From a virus (lineage: Duplodnaviria; Caudoviricetes): a DNA stretch of 64,000 bases. Made by a program: the position numbers and the translations under genes. This document shows, piece after piece, positions 36,773 to 47,513 of this stretch. Under the pieces are notes generated by a model. The model was not told the DNA's origin and did not search any database. It saw only the letters and a program-made list of their open reading frames with translations. The stretch is from positions 1 to 64,000 of IMG/VR virus record IMGVR_UViG_2706794597_000005. One strand, written 5' to 3'. The number at the start of each line of letters is the position of its first letter. The stretch's first letter is position 1.

Positions 36773-39343
36773 TTAAACGTTATAGCCAGAGATATTAAAG
36801 CGTTGTCTTAATGAAGAGGCTGTTTTGATAGATACTCCACTACTAGATATAATGCAATTAACACTGAATAGTGCAGATACGCCAACATTCATGCTGAATG
36901 TCCCATTATCTACACTGGTTTTCTTAATTACGGCGGCCCCGCTTGCGTCAGTAAATGCAATGCTCGTAGTTGTAGCGTCTTTTGTTATCGTGAACTTAAT
37001 AACACGCGTTCCTGAAGACCCGTTGTCAATATTAATGTAGCGATCTCCTGTTGCTACATTCATTGCGGTAGGTATTCCTGTCTCAAAAATAGTAATAGGG
37101 GAAGGCCCATTTGCAATGCACCCTATCTCTATTCTACCTTGAGTGTTCCACAGAGCTCCAAACGTAATAACATTCCCACTCAGATAATTGTTAGAGCACA
37201 TTGATAAATCAAACAGGTTTGTCGGGGTGCCACTCCCCGTAAGGAATAGATTACCTGATGATGAAATCTTGTTGTCACTTATAGATAGCATCATGTTCGC
37301 GTACCCAGTAGCTAGAGTTGTAAAATCACTAAATACTTGAACATTAGAGAACCGGCCGATATTATTTGAAAAATCAACAACCCCAGAAAATCCCCCGCCA
37401 CCTGACAGGTTACCATTGGAGATTCCTATAATTGCTGATACCGTTGCTGATGGTATATTAAATCTATTATTACTTACTGTAATTTGTTGATAAAAGTTGA
37501 ATGGGTAGCACGACAGTTGAATGAAGTTAGTATTAAGTGTTGATAATGAGCTGAAGTGGTTATTCGTAAGCCTTATGTTATTATTGACTGGATTCCCATG
37601 TATATGTCCTAATCTTATCAATTCAATATCACAGTTATCTATATGAATAAACCTATTGCCATATTCAAGGGGGCCAATAGGCTCATTATGCCAATCGTCA
37701 GTTTCAGGAAAGAAAAATGTCCCTGTACTATTGGTTTCATTTGCAGTAGGGAAAATAGCCTTGATGGCAGAAACGTAAGATCTCCTGTAGTACCAGCGCT
37801 TATTTTGGCTTGTGTACTGGTATGAACTCTTTATTTTATGAGGAAAAACATGCCAATCATTCCAAGCATAGCAGTCAATGACCGTAATATCACTTTCTGT
37901 TACCAGTCTGGCACCATTATAAATATCATAAACAGAATTTCCATTAACCCGTATTTTCACCCCTGACTGATAACCATTGTAGTGATTAAGACTCCAGCAC
38001 TCAAAAACCCCAACGCATGTATAACTATAAATTCCATCCGCCCAAAACGTATCATCATTTATGATGCTATAATCATGAACTGAAACCGTGTTCATGGACT
38101 TCTGTAGTTGACGCTCAAAAAGCCCCTCGTTTGTTGTGCCAGCGTTAACTAAAGTGCCTGCCATGTTATGCACGGTAAAATTAGCAATATCCATTGTTTG
38201 GAACGGCCAGTCAGATATCTCTAAGATAAATTCGAATGGCTCTTCACAATGAAAATTAGTCATAGATATAGAGTTGCAACCGAAATCAGTAGTTTCTGGG
38301 TTTACATTTAATTTCCCAAGCCCAGAGAAAAGAATAACTCGCCCATGAGTTGTAAACTGTGAAAATGAAATATCCTTAATTTTGTATGCACTTCCAAGCT
38401 CGACACCACACATGCGAGTTGATTTTGCGCTGCTGGGAGCGCTGCCTTCAGCATGAAAGTTTTTTGCATTAATAAACCCCCCGGGATTAAGTACAAAACC
38501 AAGGCCTAACCCAGGATAAATAGTACCCCCGCCCCAAATATCCAACGATGACACATGTAAATTCATATCATCTGGCAGATATACAGACTCGCCCATCAGG
38601 TTGAGATTTACCCCGCCAAATGTTGACTCCATCTCAGCGAACGCCGCTTTGTTCAATGCGCCCGCTGTAGCATTGCTATACTTCCCGCCAAATGCTGTGA
38701 TGTCACCGTTCCGCCAGGCGAGATATTTGCTTAGTGGTTCATTGGGGAAGTTCTCACCACTATGATGTACAAGTCCAGACCCAGTGGGTTTTGCTAGCTC
38801 AATCATGACATCGGAGGCGCTCCCACTCTGGGGGAGAACACCGATTGGTCTCCCTCCAGCAATCGCAACTAACTTACCCTCCATTTCTGCAAGTGGTGGC
38901 ATTTCAGGTATATAGGTTTCAGGGATGCGAAGGGAACGCTGAAATATGTTTGGGTCGCCGCTAAATGGATATGTTGAGCGGAGGTTGATTTCTGAGTAGC
39001 CAACCCTCACCGGGTCTTCTGCTTCAACTTGCCAACAGTCACCGTAAATAGAAAATACCATAGTGCCATTAACGACATCACGCGCGCCGTCAAAGTCAGG
39101 AGATCGTCGCCATGTGGCTGGGGATGCAACCCAGATACCATTATCGATAGGGTTATCTTGCCCCATAACAAGAACTCGCATTCCCGTTGTTGTTGTTACG
39201 GTTCTAGTCCCTGTAAATGTTGATGATGTAATTGTTTGCTCGCCAAACAATGTTATGTGGTAGTCAGACGAGATGGCTACAGCTGGCTTTAGTGCAACAC
39301 TCGTCGTTAAACCGTATAGCCGATCTTCTTGCGTAGCTGGCAT
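36773..39343 (-). CDS. Tailspike/receptor-binding protein (beta-helix-like)
   Basis: Conserved-type N-terminal anchor (RVLV.GQ....NGIW), then Asn/Ser/Gly-rich beta-rich body; last late gene. Confidence 0.85.
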   Translation of the reverse strand: MPATQEDRLYGLTTSVALKPAVAISSDYHITLFGEQTITSSTFTGTRTVTTTTGMRVLVMGQDNPIDNGIWVASPATWRRSPDFDGARDVVNGTMVFSIYGDCWQVEAEDPVRVGYSEINLRSTYPFSGDPNIFQRSLRIPETYIPEMPPLAEMEGKLVAIAGGRPIGVLPQSGSASDVMIELAKPTGSGLVHHSGENFPNEPLSKYLAWRNGDITAFGGKYSNATAGALNKAAFAEMESTFGGVNLNLMGESVYLPDDMNLHVSSLDIWGGGTIYPGLGLGFVLNPGGFINAKNFHAEGSAPSSAKSTRMCGVELGSAYKIKDISFSQFTTHGRVILFSGLGKLNVNPETTDFGCNSISMTNFHCEEPFEFILEISDWPFQTMDIANFTVHNMAGTLVNAGTTNEGLFERQLQKSMNTVSVHDYSIINDDTFWADGIYSYTCVGVFECWSLNHYNGYQSGVKIRVNGNSVYDIYNGARLVTESDITVIDCYAWNDWHVFPHKIKSSYQYTSQNKRWYYRRSYVSAIKAIFPTANETNSTGTFFFPETDDWHNEPIGPLEYGNRFIHIDNCDIELIRLGHIHGNPVNNNIRLTNNHFSSLSTLNTNFIQLSCYPFNFYQQITVSNNRFNIPSATVSAIIGISNGNLSGGGGFSGVVDFSNNIGRFSNVQVFSDFTTLATGYANMMLSISDNKISSSGNLFLTGSGTPTNLFDLSMCSNNYLSGNVITFGALWNTQGRIEIGCIANGPSPITIFETGIPTAMNVATGDRYINIDNGSSGTRVIKFTITKDATTTSIAFTDASGAAVIKKTSVDNGTFSMNVGVSALFSVNCIISSSGVSIKTASSLRQRFNISGYNV

Positions 39344-39437
39344 TTATTTTTCTCCAGACGTGAGGAATCCCCACAGAGCAAATCTGCGGTGGTCTATTTA
39401 AGGAAAAAAAAACCCCGCCGGAGCGGGTTAGGTAATA

Positions 39438-39644
39438 TTAATTATTTCGTTTTTTCCTTGCCTCTCGCTTCATTAGCCACACTCCAGCAGCCAAGCCAGC
39501 AAAAAGCATCGCACCAGCGGAAAGGCTTGAATTAAAAAATACCATATCTAATATCGCTGCAATAATTAGGGCGATTGCTATATGTTTCATTAATCGCTCC
39601 GAGCTGTCAGGGTAATTATCTTTATTCATATAATTAATTCCCAA
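39438..39644 (-). CDS. Small two-TM membrane protein of unknown function
   Basis: AT-rich 68-aa ORF with two hydrophobic helices, followed by a terminator. Confidence 0.55.
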   Translation of the reverse strand: MGINYMNKDNYPDSSERLMKHIAIALIIAAILDMVFFNSSLSAGAMLFAGLAAGVWLMKREARKKRNN

Positions 39645-39656
39645 TATTATATTAAT

Positions 39657-42197
39657 TCACTTGCCAAGCATAAACTGAGATGGAGGGATTAAGAAATCGT
39701 TTCCTTGGTTTTTCCTCACATTTTGCTCAAATCTATGTAGTGAACCTGGAGATAATGACTCCTGGATCTGGTTTAGGATTAGATAATTCATAATTGGCCT
39801 TGCCCAGAACACGTTAATGAATGGCGTGTGGTCAACGGTAAATCTAAATGCATCACCAGCCTTTGCGTCACCAGACCGCGCTTTCTGGAACAAGGTGATG
39901 AGACTGCCAAAGTTACCAGCAACCGGGCCAAGCATTGCGGTTACGGGATCGTTACCGAATCTATTTGCTTCCCCAAATAAGAAATCACCAAACAAACCCA
40001 GACCGCCACCTTGCGCTGCCGCTGCCAGAAATGTTTTGCTATCTGCCGGGCGCGGGGTTTGTCCTTTAATCATCAGCTTAGTCTGCATCGACAGATAACC
40101 GAATGTGGTCATCCATAAAAACATCTGCGCCAGACCAAGCATTTCACCCTTACCACTTTTGAATAGAGCGCTTTGCAGATTGCCCCACCGGCTTTCTCCC
40201 AGCGGCACAGGCGTATAGCCGCGCCCGAATACTTCCCGCCCCAGAGCTTGCTGCATGAATGAAGCGGTAAATGATTTGTACTGCCCGATAAACCGGAGTA
40301 ACTCACCCTCCACTGTGCCTGGTTGTGTTCCTTGCTTCATCATGGCTCGCGTCCGCGCGCCGGGCTCTGTCATTGCGACTATCACGCGATCGAGAATATA
40401 ACCTCTCAACTTACCGGATAATTCTTCCCGCCCCGCCTCAATGCTTCGCTCATTAACCTTGATGTTTTTGTCAGAAACATACTTGGCGATCATCTCATCA
40501 GGTATTGAATCAATACCATCAGGCGTCATGAACTTGCGGCCTTCCGACCCTTTCAAATCCATTGACCGATAGACTGACCATTCGGCGTCTCCGATGCCAT
40601 GTAGGTCTAACGCACGTTTAAGATTGCTATTAAGCGCCCCATGTGGCGTGGCAGAGTTATCTGCAAGCCAGTGAGATATCATCGTTGCAGTCGTATTGCG
40701 AGACGCGTCAGTCCACCAACTCAGTCCATTCATTTTAAAGAATTGGCGCTGTAAGTTAGCAACCTTGCCGGGGAGTGTGACGTCACCTGAAAATCGCTGA
40801 AGTATTTCATCACGCATACTGTCAGCGTACACGCCAAGAGAGCTTAAAATCTGTTTCTGCTCGTCAGTTTTAAAGCGCTTTAATCGGCCAGAAAGCGATT
40901 CACTCAGTGCTGACATGAAGTTTTTACCCTGATACCTAAGTTCCAGAGCATTACTTGCAAGGTCGTTGAATGACGAGATCATAGCCCCGCCGAGCTTTAT
41001 CGTGGAGTCGATGGCGCGGGTAGTCGAGCCGAACCTTGCTAAAGTGGTTGAACCAGGAATGTTTGTCTGACCGGTCACCTCTTTCATTTCATTCTTGATG
41101 TTGCTCCGACGCCTGTCAGTGAACGCCCTCAGCGCCTTCTCATTACCTTTTAAATCTGCTGAGATTGTATCGGCAAGGTAATTAAGCATGTTCTCTGGAT
41201 TGGTTCCAAGCACTCGCATGAGGCCCGTATTCCGTGCAGAACTTTCAAGCCCACCATAAATAGCTTCACGCAGACTACCAACACCGAATTGCTTGTTGTA
41301 ATCAGACCACGCAACTCCATCTGCGAAATGAAGCACACGCTCTTGGCTGGCTTTCTTGGCGACGTTCTGACTTCCCTTGAACCCTTTCATCCAGTCTGGT
41401 TTTTCTGATGATAGATGAACACCAGAAGCTAACCCGTCATAAACGTTTTGCAGGAAAGCATTCTGATCGATAACACCATCAAAGGTGGACTTATCAAGCC
41501 TGGGTAGAATCGCATTTCGCCACGTATCAAAACCAGCGGCGCGGATCTTCATCATATCGTGGCCCTGCCGAGCGATATACCCAGGCATTTTACGAACCCA
41601 TGCGCCAGCACGGTTAGCATCAATTCGCGCCGACTCCTGCCACTTCGTGATTATTTGAGCAATTTTCACTGACTCATTAGTCATCCCGGCAGTAGATTCA
41701 TTTTTCCCAATACGCCACATAGCATCAGCTATTTCAGTATCATTGCTGCCACTGGCGAGGAATTTAATTAACCCCTCTTTATCCAGATCATGATTTAATC
41801 CAGAGAGATATTTAGAGCGGAGCTGAAATTGCTCACTGGAGGCAGATGACCGGCTACCAGTTCGCGCCTCATTGCGCCCAACAAGAATGGCTGACAGTCC
41901 AATGTCGGGGCGATCTGGGAAACTATCGCGGATAAATGTCAGACGCTGAGCGGCAATGCGGGTATTAATAGCTTTATTCCTGGCTTCAATGACGCGCGCC
42001 AATTTTTCTTCGTTGCCTAATTCATTGGCTGCCCGTAGTGCTGCTTCTTCCAGTGAGATACCTTCATTCTCAGCACGAATACGCTTAACAGTCGTTTCCA
42101 TGTTGTTAATCAGCGATTCCATTTCACCTTCTGAAAGCTCTCGCCCGGCGGCCTTATTCACTACCTGCTCACACGCGGTTAGAAACTGGTTAGCCAT
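39657..42197 (-). CDS. Internal virion/DNA ejection protein
   Basis: Large helical protein at end of ejection cluster; GGGLGLFGDFL motif; start MANQF overlaps upstream stop. Confidence 0.8.
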   Translation of the reverse strand: MANQFLTACEQVVNKAAGRELSEGEMESLINNMETTVKRIRAENEGISLEEAALRAANELGNEEKLARVIEARNKAINTRIAAQRLTFIRDSFPDRPDIGLSAILVGRNEARTGSRSSASSEQFQLRSKYLSGLNHDLDKEGLIKFLASGSNDTEIADAMWRIGKNESTAGMTNESVKIAQIITKWQESARIDANRAGAWVRKMPGYIARQGHDMMKIRAAGFDTWRNAILPRLDKSTFDGVIDQNAFLQNVYDGLASGVHLSSEKPDWMKGFKGSQNVAKKASQERVLHFADGVAWSDYNKQFGVGSLREAIYGGLESSARNTGLMRVLGTNPENMLNYLADTISADLKGNEKALRAFTDRRRSNIKNEMKEVTGQTNIPGSTTLARFGSTTRAIDSTIKLGGAMISSFNDLASNALELRYQGKNFMSALSESLSGRLKRFKTDEQKQILSSLGVYADSMRDEILQRFSGDVTLPGKVANLQRQFFKMNGLSWWTDASRNTTATMISHWLADNSATPHGALNSNLKRALDLHGIGDAEWSVYRSMDLKGSEGRKFMTPDGIDSIPDEMIAKYVSDKNIKVNERSIEAGREELSGKLRGYILDRVIVAMTEPGARTRAMMKQGTQPGTVEGELLRFIGQYKSFTASFMQQALGREVFGRGYTPVPLGESRWGNLQSALFKSGKGEMLGLAQMFLWMTTFGYLSMQTKLMIKGQTPRPADSKTFLAAAAQGGGLGLFGDFLFGEANRFGNDPVTAMLGPVAGNFGSLITLFQKARSGDAKAGDAFRFTVDHTPFINVFWARPIMNYLILNQIQESLSPGSLHRFEQNVRKNQGNDFLIPPSQFMLGK

Positions 42198-43879
42198 TAC
42201 ATTCTCCTGAGCATGCAAGTAGCATAGGCCTGAAGGCCTTTGAATATACTTTCGTCATTTGCTTCGCGGGTTGCTGCTTCAATGGCCCCTCTTAACTCAG
42301 GCGAGTCAATATCGTTAACCATGTTGGTTGCCAATTCCATTTCAGCGGTGAAATCTTCCTGGGCATTAACCAAGTCAGCGTTATCTCTATTTGCTCTGGC
42401 AAGGTGCGCATCAGCATCACGACTGGCATTAACTGTCGAAGCATCCGCATCTGCTTTGGGCCCCTGCTGAATCTGAGCGATTGACGCATCCCTCAATTGA
42501 GGGTCGCCCAGGTTAAACACCGGTTCTAAATCTGGCGTTTTCCCTTGCATCATATGAGATAACCCTGCCCGGAAAGCATTTTCTCTTACCGTCCAATGGG
42601 ATTCATCAATGCGCTGGGAGGCGTTTTTAATCCCTTGGGTAATGTTGTTAATTTTCAATGATTGCCTGATTTCATCAGCCCGATTATTTATCGCAGTCTT
42701 CAAGTTATCGGGAATTTCACCACGCCTAACGGAAGCTATTTCGCCTCTGGCTACCTCTGATTTAGAGTCAGATGATAATGACTCTTCAATCTCACTACGC
42801 CTTGATAGCAGAGCTTCTTTTTCGATAGCGATATCATTCACAGCCTGATTTCGGGCTTCCTTAAATTTCATGTTCTGCTGTTGATATACCGCAGTGCGCT
42901 CAGGCAATGACTGGTCAATAACATCTATAGCTCGGTTAGTATCGACAATTTCCTTTTGCAACCCAGCAACATCATCAACACGAAACGATGATGCGGCCTC
43001 TTGCTGAGCTAAATAGTCAGGAACGACATCATCGTATGCCTTGCTGTATGCGTAGCTGTCCATATCCCTGGCTATAGTTTCACTCAGGATTGGCGTTGTC
43101 CCGCTTTCATTGAATTGGCGCGAAACTGGTCTTGTGGATTCAGGCGTAACAAATGATTCAGTATTCATTACCGGACGTTCTACAGCATCAATAGTGGTAG
43201 TTGCCGCTTGAGTTCTGCGCCCCCTAACCATGTCAGCAATAACCCCGCCGCCAGCATGCATAATCCCGCCGCCAACTGTACCCATGAAGATATTCTCCAT
43301 CGCATTGGCCATAGAGTAATCTTCGCCTTCTGCCGCCGCAGCTTGAGCAGTGAACGGGATTGTTACTGCTGTTTGAGCGGCGCCCATAGCGGCACCCTGG
43401 ACGAATCGCTCTCCCACTCGCCCAAGCATTGTCGCGGCCTTTGCCTGTCCAGCAAACGGCACCAAGCCAATGGCAAGGTTTGCCGGGTCAGCCATTGACC
43501 CAGCAAGCCCTGCCATAAAGTTAAGTGGGGTATTGATAAATCCAGAGGGTGCTGACTGAGCTATTTGTTGCTTCGCTAATGACTCTTTTCGTGATTCGCT
43601 GACATGGTCAAGGTAGGATTTTGTTACTCCAGAATCGGGAATGTTAATGCTTTTAACGCCTAACTCTCGTAGCTTTGCATCAGCTTCAGACTTGCTTACA
43701 ATTACTGAGTTTGGGTCGTTAGCCAGATTATCAGCCTCAGAATAGCGAATTGCTGAAACCAAAGGCCCCTCCCTAAGCCCTGAATCAAAAGAAGCCTCCA
43801 ATGCATCGCCAAGACTGGAAGGAACATTACTGATTGGCTGGTTTATTCCCTGTCCCGGATCTCTGGTGTAGATTGGCAT
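42197..43879 (-). CDS. Internal virion/ejection protein
   Basis: Gly/Ala-rich hydrophobic segment then coiled coil; position in cluster. Confidence 0.7.
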   Translation of the reverse strand: MPIYTRDPGQGINQPISNVPSSLGDALEASFDSGLREGPLVSAIRYSEADNLANDPNSVIVSKSEADAKLRELGVKSINIPDSGVTKSYLDHVSESRKESLAKQQIAQSAPSGFINTPLNFMAGLAGSMADPANLAIGLVPFAGQAKAATMLGRVGERFVQGAAMGAAQTAVTIPFTAQAAAAEGEDYSMANAMENIFMGTVGGGIMHAGGGVIADMVRGRRTQAATTTIDAVERPVMNTESFVTPESTRPVSRQFNESGTTPILSETIARDMDSYAYSKAYDDVVPDYLAQQEAASSFRVDDVAGLQKEIVDTNRAIDVIDQSLPERTAVYQQQNMKFKEARNQAVNDIAIEKEALLSRRSEIEESLSSDSKSEVARGEIASVRRGEIPDNLKTAINNRADEIRQSLKINNITQGIKNASQRIDESHWTVRENAFRAGLSHMMQGKTPDLEPVFNLGDPQLRDASIAQIQQGPKADADASTVNASRDADAHLARANRDNADLVNAQEDFTAEMELATNMVNDIDSPELRGAIEAATREANDESIFKGLQAYATCMLRRM

Positions 43880-46640
43880 TTGTATCCCTCATACCTTCAG
43901 CCATTGATGGCGTTTCTGATGTGCCTTGTCGCCCAAGTTGCCGCGCAGTTTCCTCATTACGAGCCTGGGATTCTTTAGCTGCCTGCCCTGGTGTATAAGC
44001 TCTCGGTTTATTCACTTCTTTTGATAGCTGATTGAAGTAGCCACGATTGGTCGAGCCCAACTGAGCCAAATCAGCAAAACTGGCCGTAACTGGGTTGCCG
44101 TCTGCCCCACTAACAATCAATCCATTGAGAGTGAGCATTAATCCAGTTTCATCTGCATTGGTTACCCATTCAGCATTATCTTTGATGCGATTTAGGCTTT
44201 GTTGCTGGTTAACTTCATTGCTTAGGCGAGGGTCGCCAATCAATGGTGTAATGTCTGCTGGCTTAAGCTTGCTCATAAATGCATCTACGCCATCCGATAC
44301 ATCATTCATATCAGTATTGGCAGCAACCGGTAGTCGCCAAGTTCCTTTAGTCTGGTACTGGCTGCCTAAAATATCCTGATAGGCTTGTGAAGCAGCATCC
44401 GAAGCGCTCATGCCTTTCTGCATATTGAGATAGGTAAGGCGGCGGCCTTGGTCATTAAAATTATTCCAAACAGGAACCCCGCCAGGCTGTCCAACCATCG
44501 TTGCTGAAAAGTCTTTGGATTGAGAAGCCCATTCAGTATCGGCACTTTCTGCCGCGCCACTGGAAGCCGAGTTTATTGAGCTGCGTAATTCTGCTGTTTT
44601 TACATCGCGGTTTTGCCAAAGCGCATTGGCAGCACGTGGGTTATTGGTCGCCATGACAACCTGAAGCACTGGCCCTGATTTCTTCTGAACTTGTTGCATA
44701 ACTTGCTGAGAATATGGCCCGAACTGCTGCCCAAGAGACTGGATTGCAGCAACATCCTGCTCCTTGTTATTGTCAATCTGCTGAAGAATTCCATTAACAA
44801 GCGAGTCGGGAAGGACATCTTTGTTTTTAATGCCCAGCCGTTGCTTCTCCATTAGAACCTGGTGGGCTAACTGAGCACCTGTTGATGGGTCGCTCTGGTA
44901 ATTCTGATATGCCTCACTCACCGTCGGAATGTTTTGCACCATCCAACCACCTGGATCCTTCTCCCTTGCGGCTATAACTTGCTGGTACTTCTGTGCAACA
45001 GCAGTATAACGCTGCTGTTTGAAAGCAAAATCAGCGTCGCCAGTAGCAGGCATCAATCCATTAACCGTCTCTATGCCGACATTAGCCGGGCTTGAGATAA
45101 CGGTCTGATATGCAGGTTGTAGGGCCAGCGTCTGCTGATATTGATTGAATTGCTGATAGGCTTGCGCACGGTCAGCAGGGGTAGAGTTAAGCTGTTGTGC
45201 TGACGTAAAGTCAGAAATGGTAACAGGGTTTTCTACTGGCTTCCCAGAATTTACCCTGGCAACATCATCCTGCATTCGTTGTTGAATATTAAACCGCTGT
45301 GCAGATGTCGCTGTATCAATGACGTTATAAGTCTGCTCAACCGCGCGGGTTTTCTGCACCCCATCCAGATCTGCAAACTCAGGCGAATCTATAATTGATT
45401 TTGCAGCACTTAATTTTGAGGCGTTACTCAGCACTGATGAAACATAGTTCTGCGTTTCCGCATAAGGGATTGAATTAGCAAATGACTCATCTGTGATTTG
45501 CCCTTTACGCGGATCACCAAATCGGCTAATCCATTCATCAACTTTACCCGGCCCAGCATTATATGCAGCCAGCGCCAGAACGGGATTACCACCGTATTTT
45601 TTAAGCTGCTGGTTGAGATACGCCTTGCCAAGGGAGGCGTTATAATTAGCATCATTCTGGTGGCGAGCAGGATCCCACGGCAAACCAGCTAATGCTGCGG
45701 CCTCTGGCCCGGTAGCTGGCATCACCTGAGCAATGCCGGTTGCACCTTTCCCTGATGTAAGTGGCTTACCATCATTCCCAAATTGACGCCCCCCACTTTC
45801 CTGCCCAATCACGGCAGAGAATAAGTCATCCGAATTAATCGCATTGCCCACTTTAAAACCAGATAGAGCCTCTGGGTTCATGAGCGAAATTTTCACATTA
45901 CCAATGCGCTCGTTTACTGAATCCCACGCAGCCTGATCCAGCATTTTTTTTCTGGTGTCTAATGGGATTAAAGCTGCAATGCCAGCACCAGATTTTAGCG
46001 CGCTGACTTGCTCTTTTGGGGTTAACGATGAAACTGATGCTGTTGCATAGTCTACCGCTGACCGTTGCTTTATTTGCTGTGCTTGCTCTGCTGAAATGTA
46101 CCCCCGACTATGTGCGCCGATAATAGCGTCATTGGTCGCGTTGATAAGCCCCATTCGGGTTGACTCATCTTTAGCACTGATTGCTGCTTCCCGATTTGAT
46201 GTGATTGTCTGGTCGAGAGTGGCCCGCCCAAAATCAACCTCTTTATTTCTAACCAACCCGCGAACCTGGTCATAACCACGAGCAATGTCATTGTTTGACT
46301 CAATTTCAAATAGTCGCTTATCTGAATTGCTAACCAACAATCCAGCAGATTCTTCTCTGGCCTTGCTGATTTGTTCGTTGTACCGGTCACCAAAAGTGGG
46401 GTAATCATTGTCACCATCAAAAGATGCCATAATATCAAGCTTCCTTTTCAGGAAGTTTGACTGCGCTTCAGCATAGTTAAACTGATCTTCCTTTTGCTGA
46501 ATCTGGCCGCCAACCCGCTCAAGTGATTGTCCTAATCCTTGCAGTGCTCTGGATGGGGCTGTTATGTCTGCGCTAGCGACTCCGCGCGCCACATCAGGAA
46601 TGCGGCGGCCAATATCATTTGCATCAGGAATACGAGCCAT
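43827..46640 (-). CDS. Ejection protein with lytic transglycosylase (SLT) domain
   Basis: QESGG, GIAQVMPATG, ALAAYNAGPG, ETQNYV. Confidence 0.88.
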   Translation of the reverse strand: MARIPDANDIGRRIPDVARGVASADITAPSRALQGLGQSLERVGGQIQQKEDQFNYAEAQSNFLKRKLDIMASFDGDNDYPTFGDRYNEQISKAREESAGLLVSNSDKRLFEIESNNDIARGYDQVRGLVRNKEVDFGRATLDQTITSNREAAISAKDESTRMGLINATNDAIIGAHSRGYISAEQAQQIKQRSAVDYATASVSSLTPKEQVSALKSGAGIAALIPLDTRKKMLDQAAWDSVNERIGNVKISLMNPEALSGFKVGNAINSDDLFSAVIGQESGGRQFGNDGKPLTSGKGATGIAQVMPATGPEAAALAGLPWDPARHQNDANYNASLGKAYLNQQLKKYGGNPVLALAAYNAGPGKVDEWISRFGDPRKGQITDESFANSIPYAETQNYVSSVLSNASKLSAAKSIIDSPEFADLDGVQKTRAVEQTYNVIDTATSAQRFNIQQRMQDDVARVNSGKPVENPVTISDFTSAQQLNSTPADRAQAYQQFNQYQQTLALQPAYQTVISSPANVGIETVNGLMPATGDADFAFKQQRYTAVAQKYQQVIAAREKDPGGWMVQNIPTVSEAYQNYQSDPSTGAQLAHQVLMEKQRLGIKNKDVLPDSLVNGILQQIDNNKEQDVAAIQSLGQQFGPYSQQVMQQVQKKSGPVLQVVMATNNPRAANALWQNRDVKTAELRSSINSASSGAAESADTEWASQSKDFSATMVGQPGGVPVWNNFNDQGRRLTYLNMQKGMSASDAASQAYQDILGSQYQTKGTWRLPVAANTDMNDVSDGVDAFMSKLKPADITPLIGDPRLSNEVNQQQSLNRIKDNAEWVTNADETGLMLTLNGLIVSGADGNPVTASFADLAQLGSTNRGYFNQLSKEVNKPRAYTPGQAAKESQARNEETARQLGRQGTSETPSMAEGMRDTNANLHQRSGTGNKPANQ

Positions 46641-46650
46641 TTAGTTGTCC

Positions 46651-47175
46651 TTAGAAAACGCTTCTTGTGCCTTTGGCGGCACTTATTTTTGCCGCCTTTG
46701 GTGTGGGTGAGCTTCCGCCAAAGCGGTCATAGAGAGAGCCACCTGTTTGTAGCAATGAAGACATAGCATTTATTTTCCCAGCCTTTTTTGCCGCATCCCC
46801 CTCGGCCCTACGAACTGCTGCCTGATTATTTAATTGATTACCTTGCTGATTTCCTCCCCATAGCGACGTAAGAGCATTTAACTCACCCTGCGATTCCATG
46901 TTAGAGATATTGTTAACGAAGGATGTTGAATCAGCAGCAGCACCAGATGCAGCCCCAACTGCCAGAGCGCGAGACTCAGCCAGCCTAGCCTGACGGCGGT
47001 CTTCCATTGCTTGGAGTTGAGATTGTGCCCTTACGCTATTTGCTTGCTTGTCTAGCTGCGACGCTTCTCCGTAGGCTTGTTTTTTTGCGGCCTTCCCCTG
47101 TGAGTATTGGCTGCCCGCATTGAGCAGTGAACCGCCAATCATAGCCCCCATAGCTATTGTGAATGGGTCTGCCAT
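46651..47175 (-). CDS. Small internal virion protein (T7 gp14-like)
   Basis: MADP.T.AMGA N-terminus, Ala/Gln/Gly-rich. Confidence 0.7.
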   Translation of the reverse strand: MADPFTIAMGAMIGGSLLNAGSQYSQGKAAKKQAYGEASQLDKQANSVRAQSQLQAMEDRRQARLAESRALAVGAASGAAADSTSFVNNISNMESQGELNALTSLWGGNQQGNQLNNQAAVRRAEGDAAKKAGKINAMSSLLQTGGSLYDRFGGSSPTPKAAKISAAKGTRSVF

Positions 47176-47513
47176 ATCATCACCTTTTCGTTTAATGGAA
47201 CAAAACCAAGCCTTCGCAAATACCTCGGAGCTGACTCATGCTTATCGCTTTCAATCGCGAGTATGGGCTGGTGATATTTTGAAAATATCTCTTTCACTGC
47301 CAGGCGGGATGCTTTCATTATTGCTACTGGGTATTGCTGGGCATCATCTTTCATGTCCATGAATGCCATGTAGTGATCAGATTGATGCATCACCCCGCAT
47401 ATCATTTTTGGGTCATCATCAACTTCCATCACGATGGCGCGCATAGTCGCAGGGATTCGCCCATACCAATTCCGTATGTCATCCTCATTGGCATGTCTGA
47501 TGTTATTTGTCAT
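47154..47513 (-). CDS. T7 gp13-like/acetyltransferase-fold virion assembly protein
   Basis: RYLRRLGF motif; position after tail tubular B. Confidence 0.6.
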   Translation of the reverse strand: MTNNIRHANEDDIRNWYGRIPATMRAIVMEVDDDPKMICGVMHQSDHYMAFMDMKDDAQQYPVAIMKASRLAVKEIFSKYHQPILAIESDKHESAPRYLRRLGFVPLNEKVMIWQTHSQ

